DNA of 52,555 nt from a virus. Lineage: Duplodnaviria; Caudoviricetes. Of the stretch, positions 43,780-52,510 are shown piece after piece. Numbering within the stretch: the stretch's first letter is position 1; each line of letters begins with the position of its first letter. Made by a program: the position numbers and the translations under genes. The notes beneath the pieces were generated by a model that saw only the letters and a list, made by a program, of their open reading frames with translations, was not told where the DNA came from and did no database searches. Location of the stretch: IMG/VR virus record IMGVR_UViG_3300022602_003287, positions 1-52,555 of that record, one strand, 5' to 3'.

Positions 43780-44372
43780 TGTTTACTTTGTGCTAATACT
43801 TCTTTGGCTGTGTCTTCTAGATTTTTACCAGAAGTTTTTACCTGCGTTTTATTTTGTTTGGCTTGATTATACTGCGCTTCTAGTGCCTTCACATCTTGCT
43901 GACTAATCTTAACCATAACAAATGACCTGTAGTTATTAGCCTCAGGATTATATACAATCATTTTACGATCTAATCCATATGTGCGCAAGACTGTTTCTGC
44001 GATAAAATTCACTATCACGTCTTGATTTTGTACGGTTCCTGTTGGTCGATCTGGACTACCTGATTCATCATATTTAATAGTAGTACGATTATTCATCTCG
44101 CCATTGACCCTATCTGCGATCTTGGCCTTGGCTTTCAGCGTGGCTTTCTTAAGAGCCATTTCCATGCTAGGGCTTACATCTTCAGCTACCGCATAATAAA
44201 ATCCTTGTCTATCCCAAGGAGTAAAGAAACTCTTTGATTCAGTGCCGATATCTGCGTGTTCGAGATACCAATCAGGAACCTGTTTCTCCTTTACATTCTC
44301 AGTTTTAAGAGTGCTCATGCCTGAACAAGCGGCTAATGATGCTACTGCTATGGCCAATAATACTTTCTTCAT
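43776..44372 (-). CDS. Lipoprotein (LPP20-like)
   Basis: LAAC lipobox; VPDWY; A..KA.LKAKAKIA. Confidence 0.7.
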   Translation of the reverse strand: MKKVLLAIAVASLAACSGMSTLKTENVKEKQVPDWYLEHADIGTESKSFFTPWDRQGFYYAVAEDVSPSMEMALKKATLKAKAKIADRVNGEMNNRTTIKYDESGSPDRPTGTVQNQDVIVNFIAETVLRTYGLDRKMIVYNPEANNYRSFVMVKISQQDVKALEAQYNQAKQNKTQVKTSGKNLEDTAKEVLAQSKQ

Positions 44373-44494
44373 TTTACTATCTCCTTAGTTTGTTCCTTGA
44401 TAACCTGCACACCTTTATCGGCTATATGAGCTACTCCCCCAAAACCGATAGTAGAAATAATAATACCAAATATAAGACCAATGATGAACTGCAT
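44369..44494 (-). CDS. Small membrane protein (41 aa, absent from the ORF track)
   Basis: MQFIIGLIFGIIISTIGFGGVAHIADKGVQVIKEQTKEIVK; AAGGAG RBS; ATGA-coupled to the next gene. Confidence 0.65.
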   Translation of the reverse strand: MQFIIGLIFGIIISTIGFGGVAHIADKGVQVIKEQTKEIVK

Positions 44495-44503
44495 ATTGAC
44501 TCC

Positions 44504-45064
44504 TTAAAACTTATCAACAACTACCCATTTAGTGGGCTCTATCTTACAAGCGATTCCTTGATATTGCTGGATGTCTTTGCCAGTCCAGTTTGAATCTAAG
44601 AACCATTTGCATTCTGTACCATTATAAGCAAATCTATTTGGATAGCTAGGATGTGGTCTCAACTGGACTATATCAACTATACTACCCACTTTAGTTACTT
44701 TGATAGGATTTAGTTTTGTGTCATCGTTACAGATTAACACATCTTCACTTATTATTGTACTAGGTTTTACCTTTTGTGTCAAGTCCTTTTTGGCCTGTGT
44801 TACAGCCGCGCCACAGGCTTCTTGTGCTGGGCGATCTCCATCCCAAATGTATTCACCATGAGCCAGATGCCATTGTCCGTCTATCTGTGCTTTGAAGTTA
44901 ACCAAACACTTCTTTTGTCCACTAGTCCAGGGTATAACATCTCGCTGTATCTCTCCGATCTCTGTAATAACTGTTTTGGAGTTATCTATAGATTTACTTT
45001 GTAATACACACTGTTGCGCCAAGACGCCAGCAGGAATCAATGATAATAATATTAGTATCCGCAT
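44504..45064 (-). CDS. Exported protein with paired cysteines
   Basis: Signal peptide MRILILLSLIPAGVLA; six Cys. Confidence 0.6.
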   Translation of the reverse strand: MRILILLSLIPAGVLAQQCVLQSKSIDNSKTVITEIGEIQRDVIPWTSGQKKCLVNFKAQIDGQWHLAHGEYIWDGDRPAQEACGAAVTQAKKDLTQKVKPSTIISEDVLICNDDTKLNPIKVTKVGSIVDIVQLRPHPSYPNRFAYNGTECKWFLDSNWTGKDIQQYQGIACKIEPTKWVVVDKF

Positions 45065-45384
45065 CTTTGCCTCACCCAAGTTATTTTTTGATTGATAACA
45101 TTTTCCATCCTACCATCTGCGATCATTTCTTTGTTTTCGTAATCTCCAGCGAATGATCCAAGGAATGCCAACTGTAATCTCGCTGTCTTTTCATCACCGG
45201 GCCTGGGTATAAGTCTAGTCAATGCCAGTACCTGTTCATCCTTTTGTTCACAGTTTGGATAAAAAGAATTCAGATCATCGATGTTGATCGGCTGTTTTAT
45301 GGAACTGGCACATCCACTAAACAGGACCGCAAATAGTACGCAGGCGCCAAATTTTAGATTTGATCGCTGATAGCTGTGCTTCAT
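45052..45384 (-). CDS. Putative lipoprotein
   Basis: LFAVLFSGC lipobox; two further Cys. Confidence 0.55.
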   Translation of the reverse strand: MKHSYQRSNLKFGACVLFAVLFSGCASSIKQPINIDDLNSFYPNCEQKDEQVLALTRLIPRPGDEKTARLQLAFLGSFAGDYENKEMIADGRMENVINQKITWVRQRCGY

Positions 45385-45616
45385 ACTCGCTCTCTTTCTG
45401 TGTTACGGGTTTACTATTTTTAAGTTGATCTTCAAGGAGAGAGATCCACATTTTACGATTGATGCAGTCGTCGGGGATCTGATTGATTTCGGTTATATCA
45501 GCGGTACGATATACGCTGGCACATCCACTAGCTAGTAGCAGTAGGAGCAGGCTTGTCTTTTTCAATTTTCTGAATAGTCCAAGATCTGTCTTTGTTGTCT
45601 GTAAATTCGAGATCAT
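45317..45616 (-). CDS. Putative lipoprotein (start uncertain)
   Basis: KKTSLLLLLLASGC lipobox; layout similar to the neighbouring lipoprotein. Confidence 0.55.
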   Translation of the reverse strand: MISNLQTTKTDLGLFRKLKKTSLLLLLLASGCASVYRTADITEINQIPDDCINRKMWISLLEDQLKNSKPVTQKESEYEAQLSAIKSKIWRLRTICGPV

Positions 45617-45728
45617 CGCCTTCCTTCCAGCCTTGTAAATCGATTAAATCTTTGGGGAATGGTAGCACGAGATCTCCGTTTTCAGCTTCTTGTACTATCA
45701 CTTCCCAATGTGTTTTTGTGCTCGTCAT
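45528..45728 (-). CDS. AbrB/MazE-like DNA-binding domain protein
   Basis: NGDLVLPFPKDLIDLQGWKEGDDLEF pattern. Confidence 0.65.
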   Translation of the reverse strand: MTSTKTHWEVIVQEAENGDLVLPFPKDLIDLQGWKEGDDLEFTDNKDRSWTIQKIEKDKPAPTATS

Positions 45729-45734
45729 AGTATT

Positions 45735-45763
45735 ATTATAGCAGGTAAAACCACTCTTGTCAA
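45735..45763 (-). promoter_or_regulatory. Perfect sigma70 promoter with extended -10
   Basis: TTGACA-17-TATAAT with TGn immediately before the -10; ATG 6 nt downstream. Confidence 0.8.
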
Positions 45764-46692
45764 ACGATTTTGGAGAAATAATCTATAGTTTTTACCAAAC
45801 CTGCTTCTAGATCTATAGTAGGAGCCCAGTTTAGATATTGCCAGGCTTTGGATATGTCAGGTTTCCTCTGTCTTGGATCGTCTTGAGGCAGTGGCATCTG
45901 TAATATTTGGCTATTAGATCCAGTAGCCGCTATCACTTTTTGGGCCAGTTCCCACATGGTAAACTCTCCAGGATTACCTAGATTGATAGGACCTGTGACC
46001 TCATCTTCCGTAGCCATCATAGCCATGAGCCCGTCTACCATGTCGTCTACATAACAGAAACTACGAGTCTGAGAACCATCTCCATAGATAGTGATATTCT
46101 GTCCCTTCAATGCCTGCACTACGAAGTTACTGACTACTCGTCCATCACCTTCACTCATCTTAGGACCATATGTGTTAAAGATTCGAACTATCTTCGTACG
46201 GACACTATGAACTCGATTGTAATCTGTAAACAGAGTCTCGGCGGCACGTTTTCCTTCATCATAACAACTACGGATACCTATAGGATTTACATTGCCCCAA
46301 TACTCCTCTGGTTGAGGATGCACTTTAGGATCGCCATAAATCTCTGATGTAGACGCTTGTAAAATCTTAGCACCTGTCCTTTTTGCTAACCCTAATAGAT
46401 TATAAGATCCTAATACACTAGTTTTCATAGTCTGTATAGGATCCCATTGATAATAGTAGGGACTTGCTGGACAGGCGAGATTATAGATTTCATCTACCTC
46501 CATATATAGAGGCAAGCATATATCTTGTCTCAACACTTCGAAATTGGTATATTGAAGTAAATGTGCTATATTATCTTTTGAACCTGTGAAATAGTTATCT
46601 ACACAAAGGACATGATGTCCTTGGTTAACTAATCTTTCGCATAAATGACTGCCGATAAATCCGGCTCCGCCTGTTACTATAATCTTTTTCAT
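45760..46692 (-). CDS. UDP-glucuronate decarboxylase (UDP-xylose synthase), SDR family
   Basis: [67 protein letters not shown]. Confidence 0.92.
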   Translation of the reverse strand: MKKIIVTGGAGFIGSHLCERLVNQGHHVLCVDNYFTGSKDNIAHLLQYTNFEVLRQDICLPLYMEVDEIYNLACPASPYYYQWDPIQTMKTSVLGSYNLLGLAKRTGAKILQASTSEIYGDPKVHPQPEEYWGNVNPIGIRSCYDEGKRAAETLFTDYNRVHSVRTKIVRIFNTYGPKMSEGDGRVVSNFVVQALKGQNITIYGDGSQTRSFCYVDDMVDGLMAMMATEDEVTGPINLGNPGEFTMWELAQKVIAATGSNSQILQMPLPQDDPRQRKPDISKAWQYLNWAPTIDLEAGLVKTIDYFSKIV

Positions 46693-46832
46693 TATCTTTC
46701 CTCTGGTAATACTACGCCATATTGTTTATATAGCCAAACTATAAAAGGAGTTAGATATTTCTGATCCGGATATGTTTCTATATATACTTGATATGCTGTA
46801 TATATTTTGTCTAACCATTCTTTATCATTCAT
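46692..46832 (-). CDS. Small hypothetical protein (46 aa, absent from the ORF track)
   Basis: [46 protein letters not shown]; fills the gap and is TAATG-coupled to the next gene. Confidence 0.55.
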   Translation of the reverse strand: MNDKEWLDKIYTAYQVYIETYPDQKYLTPFIVWLYKQYGVVLPEER

Positions 46833-46835
46833 TGA

Positions 46836-47351
46836 TTAACCTTCGTACGTAGCCGAGTTAGCCCCGTGTTCAAATACTTCAACTGATTTAACTCTTACAG
46901 TTGGATTGATCGGATAGCGCATATCACCAGATTTTAGTAGTTCGGCCATTTTGTCGTAAGCCATCTTGGCAAATAGTTCACAGCCTACACCCTCGACAAT
47001 ACGTAGATCGCATAACGCACCACGCTCGTGAGGAACCTCACTTAAATGATTTTTACTTTCGACATCTACTATCTCGTTCATGTGTTTGAAAAAGTCCAGC
47101 ATAGGATCGTCTTGGGCCACGACTAAAGTATGATCAAACATATAGTCAGCCCACGCTTTGAATTCCTTGAGTCCACCAAAGTCCATACACCAGTTTTTGT
47201 CATCTAATGTATCACATTCAAAGATTAGTTTAATACCAATCGAGTATCCATGTAGTGTTGAGCAGTGGCTATGTGTGGCACGCCATTGTCTAAAACAGCA
47301 TGATAATCCGCGGTCGTTACCGTAAGTTTTTGTTGAGTAAAATTTTGCCAT
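46836..47351 (-). CDS. queD: QueD/6-pyruvoyl-tetrahydropterin synthase family protein
   Basis: HSHCSTLHGY, WCMDFG.LK, FDHT, GCE, V.V.E...NSA.Y. Confidence 0.8.
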   Translation of the reverse strand: MAKFYSTKTYGNDRGLSCCFRQWRATHSHCSTLHGYSIGIKLIFECDTLDDKNWCMDFGGLKEFKAWADYMFDHTLVVAQDDPMLDFFKHMNEIVDVESKNHLSEVPHERGALCDLRIVEGVGCELFAKMAYDKMAELLKSGDMRYPINPTVRVKSVEVFEHGANSATYEG

Positions 47352-47424
47352 TGTTATGTCTCCTTGTTAACAATGACATGCAGAATTTATATTGCGGGAT
47401 GAATGCCAAAGGCCGCATAATATA

Positions 47425-47452
47425 ATTATACAGATTTAATCTCGTTTGTCAA
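47425..47452 (-). promoter_or_regulatory. Sigma70 consensus promoter for queD
   Basis: TTGACA-16-TATAAT. Confidence 0.75.
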
Positions 47453-47768
47453 TAGATTTGATTATTTTTAAATTTGGATGATTTAATCTATCGGAGAGAG
47501 AATTTAGTTGTGTAGATATATTATTAAACGTATCATCGGATTCTTGTATGATGTTTATCAAGGACATGATAGTAAATAGGCTCCAGTGCCACCATGCTAC
47601 ACATGTCACGCATAGGATGATCAATCCTGAAAGGAAAATATTCTGGAAAGAACTGCCTGCCCAAATATAGAATACTCCGGAAATAAGAACGAAAATAGCA
47701 GGTGCTATAACAGAATAGATTTGCCAACTACGGATCTGACTTTTAAGTTTTTTTGTGATTTGGCGCAT
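47436..47768 (-). CDS. Two-TM membrane protein
   Basis: Two hydrophobic helices followed by a short coiled coil. Confidence 0.6.
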   Translation of the reverse strand: MRQITKKLKSQIRSWQIYSVIAPAIFVLISGVFYIWAGSSFQNIFLSGLIILCVTCVAWWHWSLFTIMSLINIIQESDDTFNNISTQLNSLSDRLNHPNLKIIKSIDKRD

Positions 47769-47837
47769 ATAACAGTATAGAGGATGTGCCTCTATACTAT
47801 TATTTAAAGGTCTAGCAACAGCTATTAAGTTATATTG

Positions 47838-48932
47838 TTATTGAGGAACTATAGAACCAAATGGTAACCATTGTCCTGGATTACCACCTACTACACAGAC
47901 CCAACCTATGAAACTATTTGCCTTAGGTTCAGTGTTCCACACTATATCACCTTGTAGGTAGTTACCAGCTGTAGGTGCGCAGTTTCCTACAGCAAATAGT
48001 TTGTTAGCGAACTTTATTTGTCCAGCGACTTCTAGTTGTTCTTGAGGATTCTTAACTCCGATACCAACTGTTCCGTAGGCACGTATAGTTGTATTCTTTG
48101 TTTCGACTCCTAGCGTTATATCACCAGTAGCATGGAATGTAGTACGTACTTGATTATCTGTTACTATTTCTAGACTCTTGGTATTATAAGTTCCTATGTT
48201 ACCAGTGCCATCTGGATTTCCTGTCATGATGAGTTCTATATCATTTAGACTATCGTATACAGTTAGTACACCATTAGCGTCTTGTGTACCAATACTAAAT
48301 CTTTCGCTGAGAGGATTAAAATATACATTATCAGCGATATTCAATGCTCCAGCTACGTTCAGATTCCTAAGGACTCCTACTGTTTGTAGATTACTGTTGA
48401 TAACAGATTTTCCCAATGTATCTTTGGATAGAACGGGCCTAGTATCTATCGAATATGTTTTATCATGTGGGAGATCTATAGTCTCTGTAGAAAAGAATCT
48501 ATCTGGATTAGTAGATAAAATAAACTGTCTGCTTATCGATCCACCGGTCCATAATAATCCAAATCCTAATGCCTCGCCTTCTTGATTAGCAAATTCTAGA
48601 TATTGCTGATCATATTTCCTATGTACATACATTTCTGTAGTGCGTATCTCACTGGCATCAAGTGTTCCGTATACTTTTACATCACCTCTAACAGAGAATC
48701 CATTTAAGGTTTTAGCATTAACAGTATCTACTGTAATAACCCCATCAGTTACAGTTAAGGTTGGTGTCGTAGATTGATCTATAATACCTGTACTAGAAAA
48801 GTTTTTTACGATTCCGCCGGATATTAGATCCCCGCTAAGGTCTCCGGGATGTAGGGCTAGTTGATCTATCGTTATGTTTTCAGGAGCGTCGAAGGTTTTG
48901 ACCATGTTGTAATCCGTATAGTAATTCTGCAT
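47838..48932 (-). CDS. Putative tail fibre/structural protein (start uncertain)
   Basis: SNLQTVGVLRNLNV, VGIGVKNPQEQLEVAG, GDIVWNTEP....IGWVCVVGG.PG.W motifs. Confidence 0.65.
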   Translation of the reverse strand: MQNYYTDYNMVKTFDAPENITIDQLALHPGDLSGDLISGGIVKNFSSTGIIDQSTTPTLTVTDGVITVDTVNAKTLNGFSVRGDVKVYGTLDASEIRTTEMYVHRKYDQQYLEFANQEGEALGFGLLWTGGSISRQFILSTNPDRFFSTETIDLPHDKTYSIDTRPVLSKDTLGKSVINSNLQTVGVLRNLNVAGALNIADNVYFNPLSERFSIGTQDANGVLTVYDSLNDIELIMTGNPDGTGNIGTYNTKSLEIVTDNQVRTTFHATGDITLGVETKNTTIRAYGTVGIGVKNPQEQLEVAGQIKFANKLFAVGNCAPTAGNYLQGDIVWNTEPKANSFIGWVCVVGGNPGQWLPFGSIVPQ

Positions 48933-49719
48933 CTCTCAGTCGAGTATGCGTATTCTTACTATTTAGCAGGATTACTGCCAGCCTACGTCCTTGATCGTGT
49001 ACAGCCATTATCAGACATCCACCGCTTTTACGTATCCAGCCAGTTTTGCTGATCACTATTTCGGGCATCTTAGGTATTAGATTATTAGTAGTATGGAATG
49101 ATACAAAGTAGCTCTTGCGCTTTCCCTGTAGCTCTATCCTTTTTTCGGAGGTAGTTGATGCTTCCTTGACCAATGGGTAGTTTTCTGCGGCCTTGAGTAA
49201 AGCAACTAGATCATGTGCGGTGCTGGTATTTTCATCTAGTAAACCAGTAGGATCAGCATAATGTGTTTCAGTCATACCTAGCGCAAACGCTTTCATATTC
49301 ATAGATATGATAGCACCTTCTTCTCCTCCCGGATAGTTAATGGCCAGGGTCTTAGCGGCGAGATTATTCGAGCTCATAAGGGCCAAAGTTATTAGGTCAC
49401 CTCGGCTGATCTTGTTATTTCCTATACCACCACTGATACCCTTGATAGATTTTACAGTTATCATCTCATTGAGATCCTGTCCGGCATCTAATACGACCAT
49501 AGCGGTCATTAGTTTAGTGATGCTGGCTATGCTACGGACTTCTCCGCTGGCCTGTTCGGTTATGATCTCTCCGGTATCTAGATCTTGTACCACATAGTTT
49601 GTGGCCAATACGCGATCCTGTGAAACAGAAACCTGCCTAGGCTTTTTAGCGTAGGCAGGAACTGCTAGTAATACTGAAACGATAAGTAGGGTTTTAAATA
49701 CGCTTTTCAACAATGTCAT
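48880..49719 (-). CDS. D-alanyl-D-alanine peptidase S11 (PBP7/PbpG-like)
   Basis: Signal peptide; [11 protein letters not shown] (SxxK), SSNN (SxN), SKTG; DPTGL, STAHDL. Confidence 0.88.
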   Translation of the reverse strand: MTLLKSVFKTLLIVSVLLAVPAYAKKPRQVSVSQDRVLATNYVVQDLDTGEIITEQASGEVRSIASITKLMTAMVVLDAGQDLNEMITVKSIKGISGGIGNNKISRGDLITLALMSSNNLAAKTLAINYPGGEEGAIISMNMKAFALGMTETHYADPTGLLDENTSTAHDLVALLKAAENYPLVKEASTTSEKRIELQGKRKSYFVSFHTTNNLIPKMPEIVISKTGWIRKSGGCLIMAVHDQGRRLAVILLNSKNTHTRLRDAELLYGLQHGQNLRRS

Positions 49720-50284
49720 CGATTAATCCATATTCAAGTGCTTCTTGGGCGCTCATGAATTTATCTCTCTCCATGTCATTTGCTAGTATATCGTATGTTT
49801 TTCCGGCTGAATTGTGTTTGACGTAGATGTTAGTTAATACTTCTTTCATCTTCTGTATCTCACGTGCCTGGATCTGGATGTCAGTGGCCTGCCCTTGTGC
49901 CCCACCGCTAGGTTGGTGGATCATGTGCCTGGCATGTGGTAGCATGTGACGTTTACCTGCGGCACCTGCTGTGGCCAGTAATGACCCCATTGAACAGGCC
50001 TGCCCCATTACGTAAGTAGCTACGTCTGGTTTGACGAACTGCATGACATCATAGATAGCCATACCCGCTGTTACAACTCCACCTGGGCTATTGATATAGA
50101 AGTGTATGTCCTTCTCTGCATCACTGCTTTCCAGATGAAGGAACTGTGCTACGATACTGGCAGCCACATCATCATGCACTGGACCGTTTAATAGAACGAT
50201 ACGTTCGTTTAATAATCTACTGTAGATATCAAACGCTCTTTCGCCTGAACCTGTCTTCTCTATTACCATTGGTACTAATGTCAT
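49694..50284 (-). CDS. clpP: ATP-dependent Clp protease proteolytic subunit
   Basis: LVPMVIE, DIYSRLL.ER, YINSPGG, ACSMG (Ser), MIHQP (His), ERD (Asp). Confidence 0.95.
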   Translation of the reverse strand: MTLVPMVIEKTGSGERAFDIYSRLLNERIVLLNGPVHDDVAASIVAQFLHLESSDAEKDIHFYINSPGGVVTAGMAIYDVMQFVKPDVATYVMGQACSMGSLLATAGAAGKRHMLPHARHMIHQPSGGAQGQATDIQIQAREIQKMKEVLTNIYVKHNSAGKTYDILANDMERDKFMSAQEALEYGLIDDIVEKRI

Positions 50285-50293
50285 TTTACTTCC

Positions 50294-50710
50294 TTAAAAA
50301 TTATCATTGAATTCTTTTCTTACTTCACTGCTGAGTCCTGCTACTACTTGGAACTGCTCCCAAGACTTCTTAAGTGCGGGGTTCTTATCTATATCTCCTA
50401 TCTGTGGAACGGCATCTAACCAGTGGTAGGGCAGTCGCCTGGGGCGTGCTCCAAACTTACGAGGCTGGTGAAACTTGCCCTGTTCCCAAAGTTCAATACT
50501 TACATTACGATATAGATCTTCGTCTTCGTCCGAGCAAGTGTACCATTCGGGATTGCTGCCAAAACGATAGCCATTCCAAATACCTTCCCATTGTTCGTTA
50601 TTGTGTGGATCAAAATCAGTGCGTGAGATTATGACTAACACATCTGCTATGTCCACAGTACCGTCTACGATATCTCTAACGCAACGGCTATAACTAAGTC
50701 CGATTTTCAT
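50294..50710 (-). CDS. Hypothetical protein
   Basis: 138 aa; overlaps the upstream gene. Confidence 0.6.
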   Translation of the reverse strand: MKIGLSYSRCVRDIVDGTVDIADVLVIISRTDFDPHNNEQWEGIWNGYRFGSNPEWYTCSDEDEDLYRNVSIELWEQGKFHQPRKFGARPRRLPYHWLDAVPQIGDIDKNPALKKSWEQFQVVAGLSSEVRKEFNDNF

Positions 50711-51128
50711 ATACTTCTTCCTTTAGGTATCTAACTAGTTCTTTATCTGTAGGCTGTGTCGTGTAATTCTGTTTAAAGAATATCTCATAGCTATCGCTTC
50801 CATATTTGCCGATACCATAGAGTTTGGTAGCATCTTTTCCGTCCCATGTCATGAAGTCTTTACTCATTCCTTGGAGCCTCTGGTATCTGACATTAACCAT
50901 GCCCAAAGGCCATATGATATCTGTGACTTCCTCTTCCGAGGCCTGTAGGAACGAGTATGCACTTCTCCAGTTTTGCCAGAACAAGGGTGCTACTGTTTTT
51001 ACAGGCTTACGTCCAGTCTGGTTTAGCATGATAACAGCGGTCATGTGTTGCCAAACGCCATTACCTGATTTTAGTCCGTCGGGTAACTGTTGCTGGACCA
51101 TTAGATCATCACGTAGGGGTATCACCAT
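50694..51128 (-). CDS. HhH-GPD DNA glycosylase, MBD4-like
   Basis: VIMLNQT and LYGIGKYGSDSYEIF (cf. MBD4 LHGIGKYGNDSYRIF); DKEL..YL. Confidence 0.8.
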   Translation of the reverse strand: MVIPLRDDLMVQQQLPDGLKSGNGVWQHMTAVIMLNQTGRKPVKTVAPLFWQNWRSAYSFLQASEEEVTDIIWPLGMVNVRYQRLQGMSKDFMTWDGKDATKLYGIGKYGSDSYEIFFKQNYTTQPTDKELVRYLKEEVYENRT

Positions 51129-51369
51129 GTTTTTCCTGATCGTATTGTTTAACCATTCTATAAAGCGGTTCCATATGTTCTTGCACCACGTGTGGAGCTA
51201 GTTGTTCTAATGATTTCAAATCGTAATAGTTAGGATAATGTCTGAGACACGACCTTGCTTGATCACGGATTTTTTTAGGTATCTTAGGAGTCGATCTAGG
51301 GTCAGTAAGTTCGGCTAAAAACTCTGCTGTGCGGAATACTGCTCTAAACCTTTCATCTGGTAATGTCAT
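51109..51369 (-). CDS. Hypothetical protein
   Basis: MTLPDERFRAV...IPK.IR..AR.CLRHYP. Confidence 0.65.
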   Translation of the reverse strand: MTLPDERFRAVFRTAEFLAELTDPRSTPKIPKKIRDQARSCLRHYPNYYDLKSLEQLAPHVVQEHMEPLYRMVKQYDQEKHGDTPT

Positions 51370-51566
51370 CGCTGTCCTTGGATACGCCTGATACGTTCTC
51401 TGGCTTCAAAGTCTTCACGACAATCTTGGCTACAGAAAGCACCTCGAGTTGGCTCTTGGCAGAATAGGCATTCACCTGTTTTCTCCGGAACCTTCATACG
51501 TTTGGCAAGACTTTCTTGTAGCAACATCTCAGTTACCAGTGCCGCTTCTTCTAATGGATCGCTCAT
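51366..51566 (-). CDS. Small C4 Zn-finger protein (TraR/DksA-like layout)
   Basis: MSD.L..A acidic N-terminal helix; CLFC...FCSQDC; own promoter and RBS. Confidence 0.55.
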   Translation of the reverse strand: MSDPLEEAALVTEMLLQESLAKRMKVPEKTGECLFCQEPTRGAFCSQDCREDFEARERIRRIQGQR

Positions 51567-51585
51567 TTGTTTTTTCCTTTCAGCT

Positions 51586-51614
51586 ATTATACATGGATTC
51601 TATTTAGTTGTCAA
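51586..51614 (-). promoter_or_regulatory. Perfect sigma70 consensus promoter
   Basis: TTGACA-17-TATAAT, followed by AAGGA RBS and ATG at 51566. Confidence 0.8.
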
Positions 51615-51906
51615 TCTGTTTATCTATGATCTTAATATACTTAAACAGATCCTTCTTGTGCTTGGGTTGCCATAGCCTGCCTTCCTCTCCACAACGGTCG
51701 GGATTAATCAGGCCTTTACCTATCCTCCAAGTAGCACACATCTGCATTTCGGGTTTAACGACCTTGGGTCCTGTTACCCGATTATTTTCGATCGTGCTAG
51801 TTTCCTTGTAGCTAAGACGGCAATAGTATTTGTACTGAGCCATACCAATCTGCCACCAGCGATATTGGCTGTGTTTACAGTCTTTACAAAGTAGTTCTGT
51901 GTCCAT
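51604..51906 (-). CDS. Cys-containing hypothetical protein
   Basis: Start placed at MDTELLCKDCKH (51906); C...C...R...CG.EG..W pattern. Confidence 0.6.
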   Translation of the reverse strand: MDTELLCKDCKHSQYRWWQIGMAQYKYYCRLSYKETSTIENNRVTGPKVVKPEMQMCATWRIGKGLINPDRCGEEGRLWQPKHKKDLFKYIKIIDKQIDN

Positions 51907-51908
51907 AG

Positions 51909-52079
51909 TTATTTCCAAAATATCTGTGCCAATAATATCCAAACATTTAATATGATAAAGGCTATGAGATAGTAGGGCCACATGGGTATATCGTACCAGT
52001 ACTCATGTAATCGGCCTTCTCTCAATAGACGCTTTATACGCCTATAGCCCGCTTCTGTGGGATCTTCTTTTATACCCAT
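51909..52079 (-). CDS. Small protein with C-terminal TM helix (56 aa, absent from the ORF track)
   Basis: MGIKEDPTEAGYRRIKRLLREGRLHEYWYDIPMWPYYLIAFIILNVWILLAQIFWK. Confidence 0.55.
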   Translation of the reverse strand: MGIKEDPTEAGYRRIKRLLREGRLHEYWYDIPMWPYYLIAFIILNVWILLAQIFWK

Positions 52080-52510
52080 TCTGTTTTCAGCAGTATTTCG
52101 CTGACGGTGCCGCCTAGCTTTTTCAGTTCACTGACCAGTCTCTGTGCGTGATGGACCTGCCATTCTTTAACTATGCTCATATACTTTTCTTTACGGACTA
52201 CATCTGCTACGAACCCTTCCACATTCTTATAACAGACGTTATCCTTGATCCAGTCCCAGTCTACGGTAAAACTCTTGCTGTAATCGAAACACCAAGTGCC
52301 GTCATTATTATCGATGTAGGCACGGGGTTCTCCCTCTCTACGTAGGCAACTGAGCACGGTATACTCGTTGGCTAAAGGATCCGCCTGCACGATAATAAAA
52401 TAAGGATGGAACATCTCGTGCCAGTAATCACCGACCAGGGGTGCTTGTAGTGCCTGTTGGTTTAGATCTTTGCGAGTAGGTTTTTCTATTTCTACGATCT
52501 CTATTTTCAT
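52070..52510 (-). CDS. Hypothetical protein
   Basis: Likely start at MKIEIVE (52510); PLVGDYWHEMFHPYFIIV. Confidence 0.6.
   Translation of the reverse strand: MKIEIVEIEKPTRKDLNQQALQAPLVGDYWHEMFHPYFIIVQADPLANEYTVLSCLRREGEPRAYIDNNDGTWCFDYSKSFTVDWDWIKDNVCYKNVEGFVADVVRKEKYMSIVKEWQVHHAQRLVSELKKLGGTVSEILLKTEWV

Noticed and set aside
45528-45728. AbrB/MazE-like gene as the antitoxin of a toxin-antitoxin pair
   Set aside because: The downstream genes encode lipoproteins; no MazF- or VapC-like toxin is adjacent.
214-52345. Numerous 60-180 aa plus-strand ORFs in the track (e.g. 13240..13770, 15726..16277, 48196..48585)
   Set aside because: They are antisense shadows of well-supported minus-strand genes and show no recognisable motifs; only phoH and 42484..42768 are credible on the plus strand.
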